Positions 52,070 through 64,000 of a stretch of DNA of 64,000 nucleotides are shown in pieces. The translations under genes were made by a program, and so were the position numbers. Source of the DNA: Candidatus Eiseniibacteriota bacterium (GTDB lineage Bacteria > Eisenbacteria > RBG-16-71-46); contig CAVUWA010000002.1 of the NCBI GenBank assembly GCA_963744995.1, forward strand, positions 608,001 through 672,000, given 5' to 3'. A model generated the notes under the pieces. The model was given only the letters and a program-made list of their open reading frames with translations, ran no database searches and was not told the DNA's origin. Positions within the stretch are counted from its first letter, which is position 1, and each line of letters starts with the position of its first letter.

Positions 52070-52788
52070 AGCGGGTGCGTTCGGTGGCCGCCCGCGAGCT
52101 GCGCGCCTACTTCAACTCCCCGATCGCGTACGTGTTCCTGGCGGTGTTCGCGGGCACGGCGCTGTTCACGTTCTTCAACGCCCAGTCGTTCTTCGCCCGC
52201 GGGATCGCCGATCTGCGCGGCCTGTTCGGCCCGCTGCCGTTCCTCATGATCCTGCTCGTGCCCGCCCTGACGATGCGGCTGTGGGCCGAAGAGCGGAAGC
52301 AGGGGACGCTCGAAGTGCTGCTGACGCTGCCGGTGCGCGACGACGAACTGGTGGCGGGCAAGTTCCTGGCCAGCTGGGCGCTGCTGGGCTGCGCGCTGGC
52401 GCTCACGTTCGCGCTGCCGGTGTCGGTGGCGTTCCTCGGCAAGCTCGACTGGGGGCCGGTCGCGGGCGGCTACGTCGGGGCGTTGCTGCTGGGCGGCGCC
52501 TACCTGGCGGTCGGGCAGCTGCTCTCCGCTTCGACGGAGAACCAGATTCTCGCGTTCATCCTGGCGCTCGTCGTGTGTCTGGCCCTCTACGGCGTCGGCA
52601 CGGAAGCCTTCGCCGGCCTGTTCGCCGATCGCACCGCGTCGGTGCTGCGGGCGATCGGAACGGGCAGCCGGTTCGAGAGCATCGCCCGTGGCGTGATCGA
52701 CGTGCGCGACCTCGCCTACTACGTCTCGCTCACGTTCTTCTTCCTGGCGGGCTGCGTGATGGCCGTGCGCGCCCGGCGGTGGACCTGA
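52066..52788 (+). CDS. ABC-2 permease (GldF-like)
   Basis: YFNSPIAY, TMRLWAEERKQGTLEVLLTLP, TENQI. Confidence 0.92.
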   Translation: MKRVRSVAARELRAYFNSPIAYVFLAVFAGTALFTFFNAQSFFARGIADLRGLFGPLPFLMILLVPALTMRLWAEERKQGTLEVLLTLPVRDDELVAGKFLASWALLGCALALTFALPVSVAFLGKLDWGPVAGGYVGALLLGGAYLAVGQLLSASTENQILAFILALVVCLALYGVGTEAFAGLFADRTASVLRAIGTGSRFESIARGVIDVRDLAYYVSLTFFFLAGCVMAVRARRWT

Positions 52789-52791
52789 GGC

Positions 52792-54948
52792 GTGGCCGCG
52801 CCGCTGGAGAGCCGCAGAGAACGGGCCATCCGCGCCGTGGTCACGCTCGGGCTGCTCGCGGCGAACCTGCTCGTGTTCAACGTGCTCCTCGCTTCGTGGG
52901 CGGGGGCGCGCGTCGACCTCACCCGCGACCGGATCTACTCGGTCTCTCCCGCGACGCAGCGGTTGCTCGCCTCGCTCGACGACGACCTCTACATCTACTG
53001 CTACTTCTCGAAACGCACGCATCCGAAGCTCGCGCCGCTCGAACCGCAGATCGAAGACCTGCTCGACGAGTACCGCGCGCTCGCCCATCACCATCTGCAC
53101 GTCGAGGTGCTGGATCCCGGCGAGAACGATCAGGTCGAGAAGGAGGCCAACGACCGCTTCGGCGTGAGGAGCACCCCGTTCCGGCTCGCTTCCAAGTACG
53201 AGAGCGGAATCGTCAACGCCTACTTCGCCGTCGTCGTCAAATACGGTGACCAGTACGTGCGCTACGGGTTCGAGGATCTGATCGACGTGGAGCCGCTGCC
53301 GGACGGCGACGTCGACGTCCACCTGCGCAACCTCGAATACGACCTGACGCGGGCGATCCGCAAGGTCGTCTATGGATTCCGTGGTGGCGGCCGCCTCTTC
53401 GAGCGCGTCGGCAAGCCCGTCACGCTCACCGCGGTCATCACCCCCGACGAGCTGCCGGCGGTCTTCAAGGACGTCCCTGACGCGATCCGCAAGGCGGCAC
53501 AGCAGCTGAAGGAGTCCGGCAAGGAACACTTCACCTTCCAGGAGATCCACCCGACGACGGCCGAGCAGCAGGACGACGTCGCGCAGCGCTTCGGCGCGCG
53601 GCCGGTGTCGATGGGGCTGTTCAGCAGCCGGGGCTTCTATCTCGGCGCCTACCTGACGGTGGGCGACGAAGTCGAGCCGCTGCCGCTCTCCGGTGAGAAC
53701 GTGACGCCGGCGACGATCCGTGAAGCGGTCGAGAGTGCCCTCAAGCGGCGTGCGCCGGGATTCCTCAAGACCGTCGGCGTGGTGACGCCCGCGCCGGGGC
53801 TTCCGCCCGAGGTCCTTCGCCAGATGCAGATGCGCGGGCAGATGGCGAACCAGCCGCCGCCCGAATTCGACCAGGTCAAGCAGGCGCTGCGTCAGAACTA
53901 CAACGTGCGCGACGTGTCGCTCGACGCCCCCGATGGCGTGCCGGCCGACGTCGACGTCATGCTGGTCCTCAAACCGAAGAACCTCGGCGAGCGCGCCGTG
54001 TACAACCTCGATCAGTACCTGATGCGCGGCGGGAAGGTGATCGTATGCGCCGGGAGCTTCGATCCGGAGTTCAGCCAGAGCGGGCTCATGGTTCGCCCGC
54101 TCGATTCGGGACTCGACGCCTGGCTCAAGCACGACGGGGTCGAGATCTCGAAGACGCTCCTGCTCGACGACGTGAATCAGCCGCTGCCGATTCCGCAGGT
54201 CCGGCAAACCGTGTTCGGGCCGATCCGGACCTGGGTCATGCGGCCCTACCCGTACCTCGTGCAGGTGCAGGGCAAGGGGCTCGAAAATCGCGCCATCGCC
54301 GGCAAGATCGACGCGGTGGGGATCTACTGGGGCAGCCCCGTCGAGGTCGATTCGGCGACCGTCGGCAAGCTTCAGGTGACGCCGATTCTCTCCTCGTCGG
54401 ACCGCTCGTGGACCGACGACGACCTGTCGCGCGTGGCCCACGTCGACTATACGGTCCCGCCGGGGACGAAACCGCACGACGTGGCGATCGCCCTGCAGGG
54501 GCGGTTCGACAGCTTCTATTCCGGCAAGGACGCGCCGCCGGTGCCCGGCGACTCCACCGGCAGGGCGGTGCCGCTCGCGCACTCGCCCGAGACCCGCCTG
54601 GTGGTGATCGGCGATGCCGAGTTCGTGAGCGATCTGGTCGCGCGCGCGCTCGGGCGCCAGCAGGGCGACCTCTACATGCAGAATCTCGGCTTCATCCAGA
54701 ACCTGATCGACTGGATGAACCTCGACAACGACCTGGTCTCGATCCGCGCGCGCTCGGCGACGGCCCGGCCCATCGCGCGGCTGAGCCGCAAGGCCGACAT
54801 CGCCATCGAGCTGGCGAACTACCTCGTGCCGCTGCTGGTGCTGATGCTGGTCGGCCTGGGGCGCTACTGGCGCCGCCGCCGCGTCGCGCCGCACGTCGGG
54901 CCCGCCGCGCCGCTCGCCGGCGCGCCGGGCGGGGGAGGGCTCCGCTGA
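52792..54948 (+). CDS. GldG-like ABC auxiliary periplasmic subunit
   Basis: DLTRDRIYSVS, EYDLT, DQYLMRGG, NLIDW. C-terminal TM segment followed by RRRR. Confidence 0.9.
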   Translation: MAAPLESRRERAIRAVVTLGLLAANLLVFNVLLASWAGARVDLTRDRIYSVSPATQRLLASLDDDLYIYCYFSKRTHPKLAPLEPQIEDLLDEYRALAHHHLHVEVLDPGENDQVEKEANDRFGVRSTPFRLASKYESGIVNAYFAVVVKYGDQYVRYGFEDLIDVEPLPDGDVDVHLRNLEYDLTRAIRKVVYGFRGGGRLFERVGKPVTLTAVITPDELPAVFKDVPDAIRKAAQQLKESGKEHFTFQEIHPTTAEQQDDVAQRFGARPVSMGLFSSRGFYLGAYLTVGDEVEPLPLSGENVTPATIREAVESALKRRAPGFLKTVGVVTPAPGLPPEVLRQMQMRGQMANQPPPEFDQVKQALRQNYNVRDVSLDAPDGVPADVDVMLVLKPKNLGERAVYNLDQYLMRGGKVIVCAGSFDPEFSQSGLMVRPLDSGLDAWLKHDGVEISKTLLLDDVNQPLPIPQVRQTVFGPIRTWVMRPYPYLVQVQGKGLENRAIAGKIDAVGIYWGSPVEVDSATVGKLQVTPILSSSDRSWTDDDLSRVAHVDYTVPPGTKPHDVAIALQGRFDSFYSGKDAPPVPGDSTGRAVPLAHSPETRLVVIGDAEFVSDLVARALGRQQGDLYMQNLGFIQNLIDWMNLDNDLVSIRARSATARPIARLSRKADIAIELANYLVPLLVLMLVGLGRYWRRRRVAPHVGPAAPLAGAPGGGGLR

Positions 54949-55967
54949 ACCGATCCCAGAAGTGGCTCGTCGCCGCGCTCGTCGTGCAGCTCGTGGTGCT
55001 GCTCGTCCTGCACCCGCCGTTCGGGCGACATGCCGGCGGCAGCCACCCGCTGCTGCCGCGGCTCGCATCGATCACGCCCGAGGAGATCCAGATCACGGGG
55101 CAGGACAGCACTTCGGTGACGCTCGTGCGCCAGGACGGGCGCTGGTGCCTCGAACACCCGTCGGGCTATCCGACGCTCGCCGGCAAGGTCGGCAAGCTGA
55201 TTCAGGATCTCGGACACCTCACCGCATCCCGGCAGGTGGTGGGCAACCGCCGCTACCACGCCGCGCTCAAGGTCGCCGACGACGACTTCGAGCGCCGCGT
55301 GCGGATCTGGGACAAGGTGGGCGGCGCTCCGGCGCTCGAGTTGTTCGTCGGGACCTCGCCGGCTTCGGACGTCTCGCACATGCGTGCCGGGGGCGACGAT
55401 CGCGTGTACGAGGTCAGCGGCATGGGCGCCTACGACCTGCCCGCCGACGCCGGCTCGTGGATCGAGCGCCGCCTGATTCCGGTGGAGTCGGCGAACGTGA
55501 GCCAGGTCGAGGTGCGCAACCGGCACGGGCGCTTCACGCTCGCGAAACAGAACGGCGAGTGGGCCGTGCGCGCACCGGCCTCCCGCACGGCGGCGCGGCT
55601 CGACCAGGGCAAGGTGAACGGCTTCGTGAGCGGGCTCTGCAGCATGCAGATCGATCAGCCCGTGGGCGCCGTCGACGAACGCGCGCAGGGCTTCGCCAAT
55701 CCCGAGGCGACGGTCGTGGTCGAGAGCACGACGAGCGCGCCCGACAGCACGGACGTGGTCTCGCTGCCGGCGGCAGCCTCGAACGGGAAGAAGGCGGCGG
55801 CCCCGGCCTCGACCTCCACGCTCACGCTGCGGATCGGCGCAGAGGTGCCGGACCGGCCCGGCGACCGCTACGCGACCACCTCGGATCTGGGCTACGCGGT
55901 CAGTGCGGCCCCGTACGCCATCGCACGTCCGGACACGGTGGCCCTCGGGCAGCTGCTGATCCGGTAG
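54945..55967 (+). CDS. DUF4340-like protein, apparent CTG start
   Basis: N-terminal TM (NRSQKWLVAALVVQL) and position after the GldG-like gene. GGAGG 6 nt before CTG 54945, which overlaps the upstream TGA. Confidence 0.7.
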   Translation: MNRSQKWLVAALVVQLVVLLVLHPPFGRHAGGSHPLLPRLASITPEEIQITGQDSTSVTLVRQDGRWCLEHPSGYPTLAGKVGKLIQDLGHLTASRQVVGNRRYHAALKVADDDFERRVRIWDKVGGAPALELFVGTSPASDVSHMRAGGDDRVYEVSGMGAYDLPADAGSWIERRLIPVESANVSQVEVRNRHGRFTLAKQNGEWAVRAPASRTAARLDQGKVNGFVSGLCSMQIDQPVGAVDERAQGFANPEATVVVESTTSAPDSTDVVSLPAAASNGKKAAAPASTSTLTLRIGAEVPDRPGDRYATTSDLGYAVSAAPYAIARPDTVALGQLLIR

Positions 55968-56113
55968 CGGCGTCCTCCCGCGCGGCCGGGCCGGGCAGGC
56001 GGCGGGCGTTCCGGCCGCAACCCTGGCCGCGCCGCGGCCGATGACGTTACCGGGAGATCGCCATGGCGGCCCCCGCCGCGAGGGCGTATGATCCCGGCAG
56101 TTCTCATATCCCT

Positions 56114-56164
56114 CGGGACCCTGTGAGTCCCGCGTCATCCACGAGGAGCCCTGTGTGCCCTCGT
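56114..56164 (+). promoter_or_regulatory. Twin stem-loops with CCTGTG(A/T) loops in the acnA leader
   Basis: cgggac-cctgtga-gtcccg and acgagg(a)gc-cctgtgt-gccctcgt, between TATGAT (56087-56092) and the AAGGAG RBS. Confidence 0.5.
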
Positions 56165-56181
56165 CAAAGGAGAGGCGTCAT

Positions 56182-58892
<2,711 letters not shown>

Positions 58893-58896
<4 letters not shown>

Positions 58897-59600
58897 CCCG
58901 CGTGGCGCGCCATGGGCCGTTGCGCCGCGCCCCCGTCCCGATGGCGGGGGGCGCCGCATGGCTCGTGGCGTTCGCGCTTGCCGGTTGCGCTCGACCGGGG
59001 GTCGAGGCGCGCGCCGCAACCGCGGAGCGCGTTCCGATCGTGGGCGGACCGTGCGAAGGCTGCGAGGCGGTCTTCGAGGGGCTTCCCGAACGGCCGCCTT
59101 CGGTCGCCCGCATTGCGCCGAAGGATGAGCCGGGGACGCCGATGCGCATCGAGGGTGTCGTTCGCGACGGGCACGGCGATCCTCGGCCCGGCGTGATCGT
59201 GTACGCCTATCACACGAATGCGCGGGGCATCTATCCGCGCGGACCGGAGTCGTGGCCGGCGATGGCGAGGCGGCATGGCCGACTGCGCGGCTGGGCGACC
59301 TCCGACTCGCTCGGCCGCTACGCGTTCGAAACGATCCGGCCCGCGCCCTACCCGGGCCGCGATTCGCCGGCGCACGTGCACATGCACGTGATCGAGCCCG
59401 GACGCTGCACCTACTACATCGACGACATCGTGTTCGAGGGCGATCCGCTGCTCACCGCGGAGAAGCGCCGGCACATGTTCCGGGGGCGGGGTGGACCGGG
59501 GCTCACCACTCCCCGGGCCGACGGCCACGGCGGCATCGTGGTCAGCCGCGACATCGTCCTCGGCGCGAACGTGCCGGGCTACCCGAAGGAGGATGAGTGA
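58893..59600 (+). CDS. Intradiol ring-cleavage dioxygenase-like lipoprotein
   Basis: LAGC lipobox, [23 protein letters not shown]...AHVH. Start may be 58941. Confidence 0.8.
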
Positions 59601-59643
59601 GCGCGGCGCCTTCCCCGTTGCCCGCCCGCGCGAGGTACCGCCC

Positions 59644-60129
59644 ATGAGCCGGATCGAAGCCAGGCTGCGCGCCATGGGCCTGTCGATCCACGCACCGCTG
59701 CAGCTGCCGCCCGGAGCGGTGCTGCCGTTCCCATGGGTGCGCGTCCATGGACGGCGCGTCTTCATCTCGGGGCACGGGCCCACGAACCCGGACGGCAGCC
59801 TCGCGCAGCCGCTCGGCAAGGTCGGCGCGGAGGTCACGCTGGAGGAGGCGCAGCACGCGGCGCGGCTCACCGCCCTGTCGATCCTCGGCAGCCTGCATCG
59901 CGAACTGGGCGATCTCGATCGCGTGAGCGCCTGGCTCAAGGTGCTGGGCATGGTGAACTCGGCGCCCGGGTTCCATCGGCAGCCGGCGGTGATCAACGGC
60001 TTCACCGAGCTGATCGTCGGGCTCTACGGCGAGGCGCGCGGCGCGCACGCGCGTTCCGCGGTCGGCATGGCCGGGTTGCCGTTCGAGATCCCGGTCGAGA
60101 TCGAGGGCGAAGTCGAAATCGACGGTTGA
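59644..60129 (+). CDS. RidA/YjgF family protein
   Basis: ISGHGP, GKVG, HARSAVG, PVEIE. Confidence 0.9.
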   Translation: MSRIEARLRAMGLSIHAPLQLPPGAVLPFPWVRVHGRRVFISGHGPTNPDGSLAQPLGKVGAEVTLEEAQHAARLTALSILGSLHRELGDLDRVSAWLKVLGMVNSAPGFHRQPAVINGFTELIVGLYGEARGAHARSAVGMAGLPFEIPVEIEGEVEIDG

Positions 60130-60229
60130 GGCTCCGGCAGGCCCCTTCTCCCTGGCGCGCGCGGCTTTCACGTCGTAGCGTAGCCGGATTCCAATCGCCG
60201 CTTTCGTCCCCGAACCGGAGACTTCGCCC

Positions 60230-60898
60230 GTGTCCAGCTCGAGCGCCAGGTACCGCGTGCTTGCGATCGCCGTTCTGGCGGCGATGGCGCTGTTCCTCGC
60301 CGGCTGCGTCGCAGCCGCCATGCTGCAGGGCGCGGGGTACGACTGGACCCGCCACGACATCAGCGATCTCGCCGCGATGAGCGCGCGCGCACCGTGGGTG
60401 ATGCTCAGCGGGCAGGCGCTCGCCGGCGGCGCGACGATCGCCTTCGCGCTCGGGGCGCTGGGCCCCGCGCTCGCGCTCCCCGGCCGCGGGACGACGCTCG
60501 GCGCCTGGCTGGTGGCGGGCTCGCTGATGGGACTCGACAACGTGAGCGACGTGTTCTTCCGCCTCGACTGCATGGCGGGCGATCCCGGCTGCACGCAGAG
60601 CGTGGCGACCGCCTCACCGGCGGGCACGATTCACCTCGTCGCCGGCGGACTGACCGCGCTGCTGACGGTGGCGGCCCCGTTCGTGCTGCTGCCGCGGCTG
60701 CGCCGCCTGCGGGCATGGAGCGATCTCACCGGGCCCTCGTTCGCCGCCGGCGTCGCCCTGTTCGTTCTGCTCGCCGCCTACCTGGGCCTCGAGGGGCGCT
60801 TCGGGCAGGGTATCGTGCAGCGTCTGATGGCCGTGGTGCTCGCCCTGTGGATCGGGTCGCTGGCCTGGCGCGTGCACGAGCTGGCGGGGGTGGCATGA
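60230..60898 (+). CDS. DUF998 membrane protein
   Basis: GYDW..HDISDL, FRLDC, GTIH, GIVQR. Confidence 0.8.
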   Translation: MSSSSARYRVLAIAVLAAMALFLAGCVAAAMLQGAGYDWTRHDISDLAAMSARAPWVMLSGQALAGGATIAFALGALGPALALPGRGTTLGAWLVAGSLMGLDNVSDVFFRLDCMAGDPGCTQSVATASPAGTIHLVAGGLTALLTVAAPFVLLPRLRRLRAWSDLTGPSFAAGVALFVLLAAYLGLEGRFGQGIVQRLMAVVLALWIGSLAWRVHELAGVA

Positions 60899-62109
60899 AC
60901 CGCACGCCGGGCCGTGTCACGAGTGCACGGAGCCCGCGCCCGTGCGCTGCAGGGCGGCGCTGCGCCGGCGCCGTGCCCGCTGCCGGCTGCGGGCTGCTGC
61001 TGCTGCTCGCCGCGCTGGCCGGCTGCGCGCCGCGCGGTGCGGCGGTGTGGTGGCGTCACGGTGTGCTCGCACCCGGCGCGCATGCGGTCGGCGTCGCGGT
61101 CGAGTCCCTGACCGACAGCACGCGCATGCTCGGCGGCCGGCCGCGCCCGGTGCAGATGGTGACCTGGTATCCGGCCCGGGCGGCCGAAGATTCGGCGATG
61201 ACGTATGCGGACTACGTTCGCTTCGCCGACGCGGAGACGACACGCACCGCGCCTCCGGATTCGCTGAGCGCGGTCACGTTGCGCCGCCGCTTCCTGGTGT
61301 CGCACGGCCTCGACGCGGCAGTGGTCGCCGAGTGGTTTTCGGCGCCGATGCTCGCGCGACGGGACGCGCCGCCCGCCCCGGGACGTTTTCCGGTCGTGCT
61401 GATCGCGCAGGGCAACGGCGAAACGGCGGCCGACCAGTGCGTGCTCGCCGAGTTCCTCGCGAGCCACGGCTTCGTGGTCGCCACGTGCCCCTCGCAGTCG
61501 CGCCTGACCGGCGAGCCGTCGGCCATCGGGCAGGTCGCCGCCGCGGCGCTCGATCAGGCCGACGATCTGGCGCTGCTGCGCGGCGCGCTGGCCGCGCGCG
61601 ACGATGCGAACGCCGCCGACGTCGCGATCGTGTCGCACAGCTTCGGCGCGCGCAGCGCCCTGTACGAGGCCATGCGCGATTCACTCGTGCGCCGCCTCGT
61701 GAGTCTCGACGGCGGCATCGGCACCGCGACGGCCCGCGACCTGTACGAAGGCGACCCGGCGTTCCGCCCGGCGGCCGTGCGGATTCCCGTGCTGCACGTC
61801 TACGAGACGCTCGACGAACAGATGAAGCCGGACTGGGCGACGCTCAGGCGGCTCTCGGGGGCCGACGTGTGGATCGCGAAGACCGACGAGTTGCACCACC
61901 ACCACTTCTCCGACCTCGGCGCGGCGTGCGCGCGCTGGCCCGACGTGGCACGGGTGACCGGCGCCACCCAGCGGACCGGCGATGCCTATGCGGCCGTGCT
62001 CATGTGGACGCTGGCGTTCCTCGAGACGCCGGCGCCCATCGATGCGGTGGACTTCGCAGAGCGGGCGAAAGGCGCGGCGCTGCTTCAGCCGCAACAGCTC
62101 GTGCCGTAA
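60895..62109 (+). CDS. Exported alpha/beta hydrolase
   Basis: LAGC lipobox-like, WYPA, FPVVL, LASHGFVV, SHSFG nucleophile elbow, SLDG. Confidence 0.78.
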   Translation: MNRTPGRVTSARSPRPCAAGRRCAGAVPAAGCGLLLLLAALAGCAPRGAAVWWRHGVLAPGAHAVGVAVESLTDSTRMLGGRPRPVQMVTWYPARAAEDSAMTYADYVRFADAETTRTAPPDSLSAVTLRRRFLVSHGLDAAVVAEWFSAPMLARRDAPPAPGRFPVVLIAQGNGETAADQCVLAEFLASHGFVVATCPSQSRLTGEPSAIGQVAAAALDQADDLALLRGALAARDDANAADVAIVSHSFGARSALYEAMRDSLVRRLVSLDGGIGTATARDLYEGDPAFRPAAVRIPVLHVYETLDEQMKPDWATLRRLSGADVWIAKTDELHHHHFSDLGAACARWPDVARVTGATQRTGDAYAAVLMWTLAFLETPAPIDAVDFAERAKGAALLQPQQLVP

Positions 62110-62245
62110 CGTGTTGTGACCACCGGCTGCAGCCGCGACGCGACGCGGCAGCGCGGCCGTCGCCGTCCGAGCGGCCCGAAAAATCGGCGTCGCATCGCGG
62201 CCCGCGGTGATACGCTTCCTCCGTCATCCCCCGGAGGCGTCGCGC

Positions 62246-62698
62246 ATGCGACTCGCACTGATGGCGCTCCTTCTGCTCATGACGGGGGAGTGCCGGCTCA
62301 CCCCGCACGGACTCTGGATCCGAATCGACACGCTGGCCGACGGCGCTCTGGCGCTCCGTCAGACGTCCGGACTGGCCGTGGCGCGCAGCCCGTCGGCACT
62401 GAACGATCTCTGGGCGGAAGCGGGCCTCAACGGGCCGCCGCCGCAGGTGGACTTCGACAGCGACATGGTGATCGCGTACTTCATGGGCGGGCGTCCGACC
62501 GGCGGCTACTCGACTGCCGTCACGGGGGCGAGGCGTGAAGGCGACGGCCTGCGTATCGACGTGCGCGAGATCGCGCCGGGGGACGGATGCGGCGTCACCC
62601 AGGCGCCCACGAGCCCCGTGACGATCGTGCGGACGCCGATGCGATCCGGGGCGGTGGAGATCGGGCGGGTGATGCCGCAGCGACGGCCATGTGACTAG
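62246..62698 (+). CDS. PrcB C-terminal domain protein
   Basis: GGAGG RBS. PQVDF...AYFMGGRPTGGYS...TQAPTSP. Confidence 0.8.
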   Translation: MRLALMALLLLMTGECRLTPHGLWIRIDTLADGALALRQTSGLAVARSPSALNDLWAEAGLNGPPPQVDFDSDMVIAYFMGGRPTGGYSTAVTGARREGDGLRIDVREIAPGDGCGVTQAPTSPVTIVRTPMRSGAVEIGRVMPQRRPCD

Positions 62699-62783
62699 CA
62701 GGGTGGCGGACGCCGTCCGGACGGGGGAATGGCAAGTCCCCGTCGCCGGCCGTCCGTGCCGCACCGGGAGAAGGAAGGGTTCG

Positions 62784-63290
62784 ATGCAGCGTAGATGGAT
62801 TCCGATCGTTCTGGTGGCGGGGCTGCTCACGTCCTGCGCTTCGGCGCCGACGGCGCCGAAGCAGGTGCTGCCGGGTGGAGTCGACTTCGAGATCGCCGCG
62901 GGGTTCACCATCGCCGACTGGGCGCTGCACGTCGAAACCGACGGTCAGGCGCTGCTGCGCCGGGTTCGCCACTACGACGGCGCGACCGCGATCCTGCGCG
63001 GACGCCTCAGCGATGCCGAGATCGCTGCGCTCGCCGCTGTGTTGCCTTCGTTCGGGAGCTTCGAGCCTTCCTACTGTGACGGCCTCGGCCCGACCGACGC
63101 GCCGTACTACGCGTTCACGCTGAACGCGGCGGCGGGCCCGCAGCGCGTCGTGGTCTGCTCGAACGACTCATGGGGCGACGTGCCGCAGGGGCTTCGCGAT
63201 CTGAGGGATACGCTGACGCAGATCACCTGGCGGCTCGAGAACTCGGCGCCGCGCGACCCGTTCGGGGCGCCGAACCGCCTGGGCCTCTGA
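62784..63290 (+). CDS. Hypothetical lipoprotein
   Basis: LTSC lipobox, IAAGF, TDAPYY. Confidence 0.65.
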   Translation: MQRRWIPIVLVAGLLTSCASAPTAPKQVLPGGVDFEIAAGFTIADWALHVETDGQALLRRVRHYDGATAILRGRLSDAEIAALAAVLPSFGSFEPSYCDGLGPTDAPYYAFTLNAAAGPQRVVVCSNDSWGDVPQGLRDLRDTLTQITWRLENSAPRDPFGAPNRLGL

Positions 63291-63305
63291 TCCCCGAATC
63301 CCGCC

Positions 63306-64000
63306 TCAGGAAGCGACGACTTCGCCTTCAGCGGGCTCCTGGCTCTGCCGGCGCACGGCGTTCCAGTAGATCACGAAGCACAGGGCGGCGAGGAATCCCG
63401 CCGCGATGAACGCGGCGCCCGGCAGGTGCGGTGACGCCTCCGGTCCCGAGAAGCGCGCGAACAGGTTCGCCATGATCGGCGGGCCGATGATCGAGCTCAG
63501 CGAGTAGAGGCTCGCGACCGCCCCCTGCAGTTCGCCCTGCGCGTCGGGCTCGATCTGGTGCGACATGAGGGCGTTGGTCGTCGGCATGACCATCGCGCCG
63601 AACAGCCACGTCGAGAGCCACGCGAACATCATCCAGCCTTTCGTCGCGAGGCCGAACCCCAGGTAGCCGACCGTGGCGAACACGATGCCCGTGAGCGCCG
63701 CGGCGCGCTCGCCCCAGCGCGGCACGAGCACGCGCACGAGGGTGGTCTGGCTGAGCGCCATCACCAGGCCGGCGAGTGCGAGCGAGGCGCCGATCGTCGC
63801 TTCGGACCAGCCGAAACGGTACTTGGTGTAGAACGCCCAGGTCGAAGGCATCACCTGATTGGCGACCGCCCACAGAAACAGCGCGCCCAGCAGGCCGAGC
63901 ACGGCGGGATGCCGCCGCATGCGCAGCAGCGTGCCGAGCGGATTGGCGCGCGTGCGGTCGAAGGTCCGGCGCCGTTCGGCGGGCAGCGACTCGGGCAGCA
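63306..64000 (-). CDS. TetA-like MFS efflux transporter (5' end outside the window)
   Basis: LPES motif at the window edge, RFGWS, WGER, QGELQG, IGP. Confidence 0.88.
   Translation of the reverse strand, partial: LPESLPAERRRTFDRTRANPLGTLLRMRRHPAVLGLLGALFLWAVANQVMPSTWAFYTKYRFGWSEATIGASLALAGLVMALSQTTLVRVLVPRWGERAAALTGIVFATVGYLGFGLATKGWMMFAWLSTWLFGAMVMPTTNALMSHQIEPDAQGELQGAVASLYSLSSIIGPPIMANLFARFSGPEASPHLPGAAFIAAGFLAALCFVIYWNAVRRQSQEPAEGEVVAS

Overview
Very GC-rich bacterial chromosomal segment with about 50 densely packed CDSs and one tRNA-Asn(GTT). Three features suggest Candidatus Eisenbacteria or a related FCB-group lineage (inference): an S8 peptidase with a FlgD-like Ig C-terminus, a lipoprotein ending in a TWGxIKxxY tail, and several Hanks kinases with TolB/PD40 propellers. 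Housekeeping genes: ispG, acs, ettA, acnA, cnoX-like thioredoxin. Other content includes three response regulators, an L,D-transpeptidase-family gene overlapping a MurC/Mpl-like ligase, a tandem kinase duplication with a 2758-bp offset, a stand-alone family B DNA polymerase, a GldA/F/G-like + DUF4340 ABC operon, a frameshifted large lipoprotein and an internally deleted phosphotransferase. I saw no CRISPR array, transposase, integrase or prophage. The most intriguing signals are twin hairpins with the same CCUGUGW loop in the acnA leader (possible IRE-like autoregulation), a possible ElsL/Mpl-type peptidoglycan-recycling pair, and putative lineage-specific C-terminal sorting signals. All product calls come from recognising motifs by eye; no database search was run.
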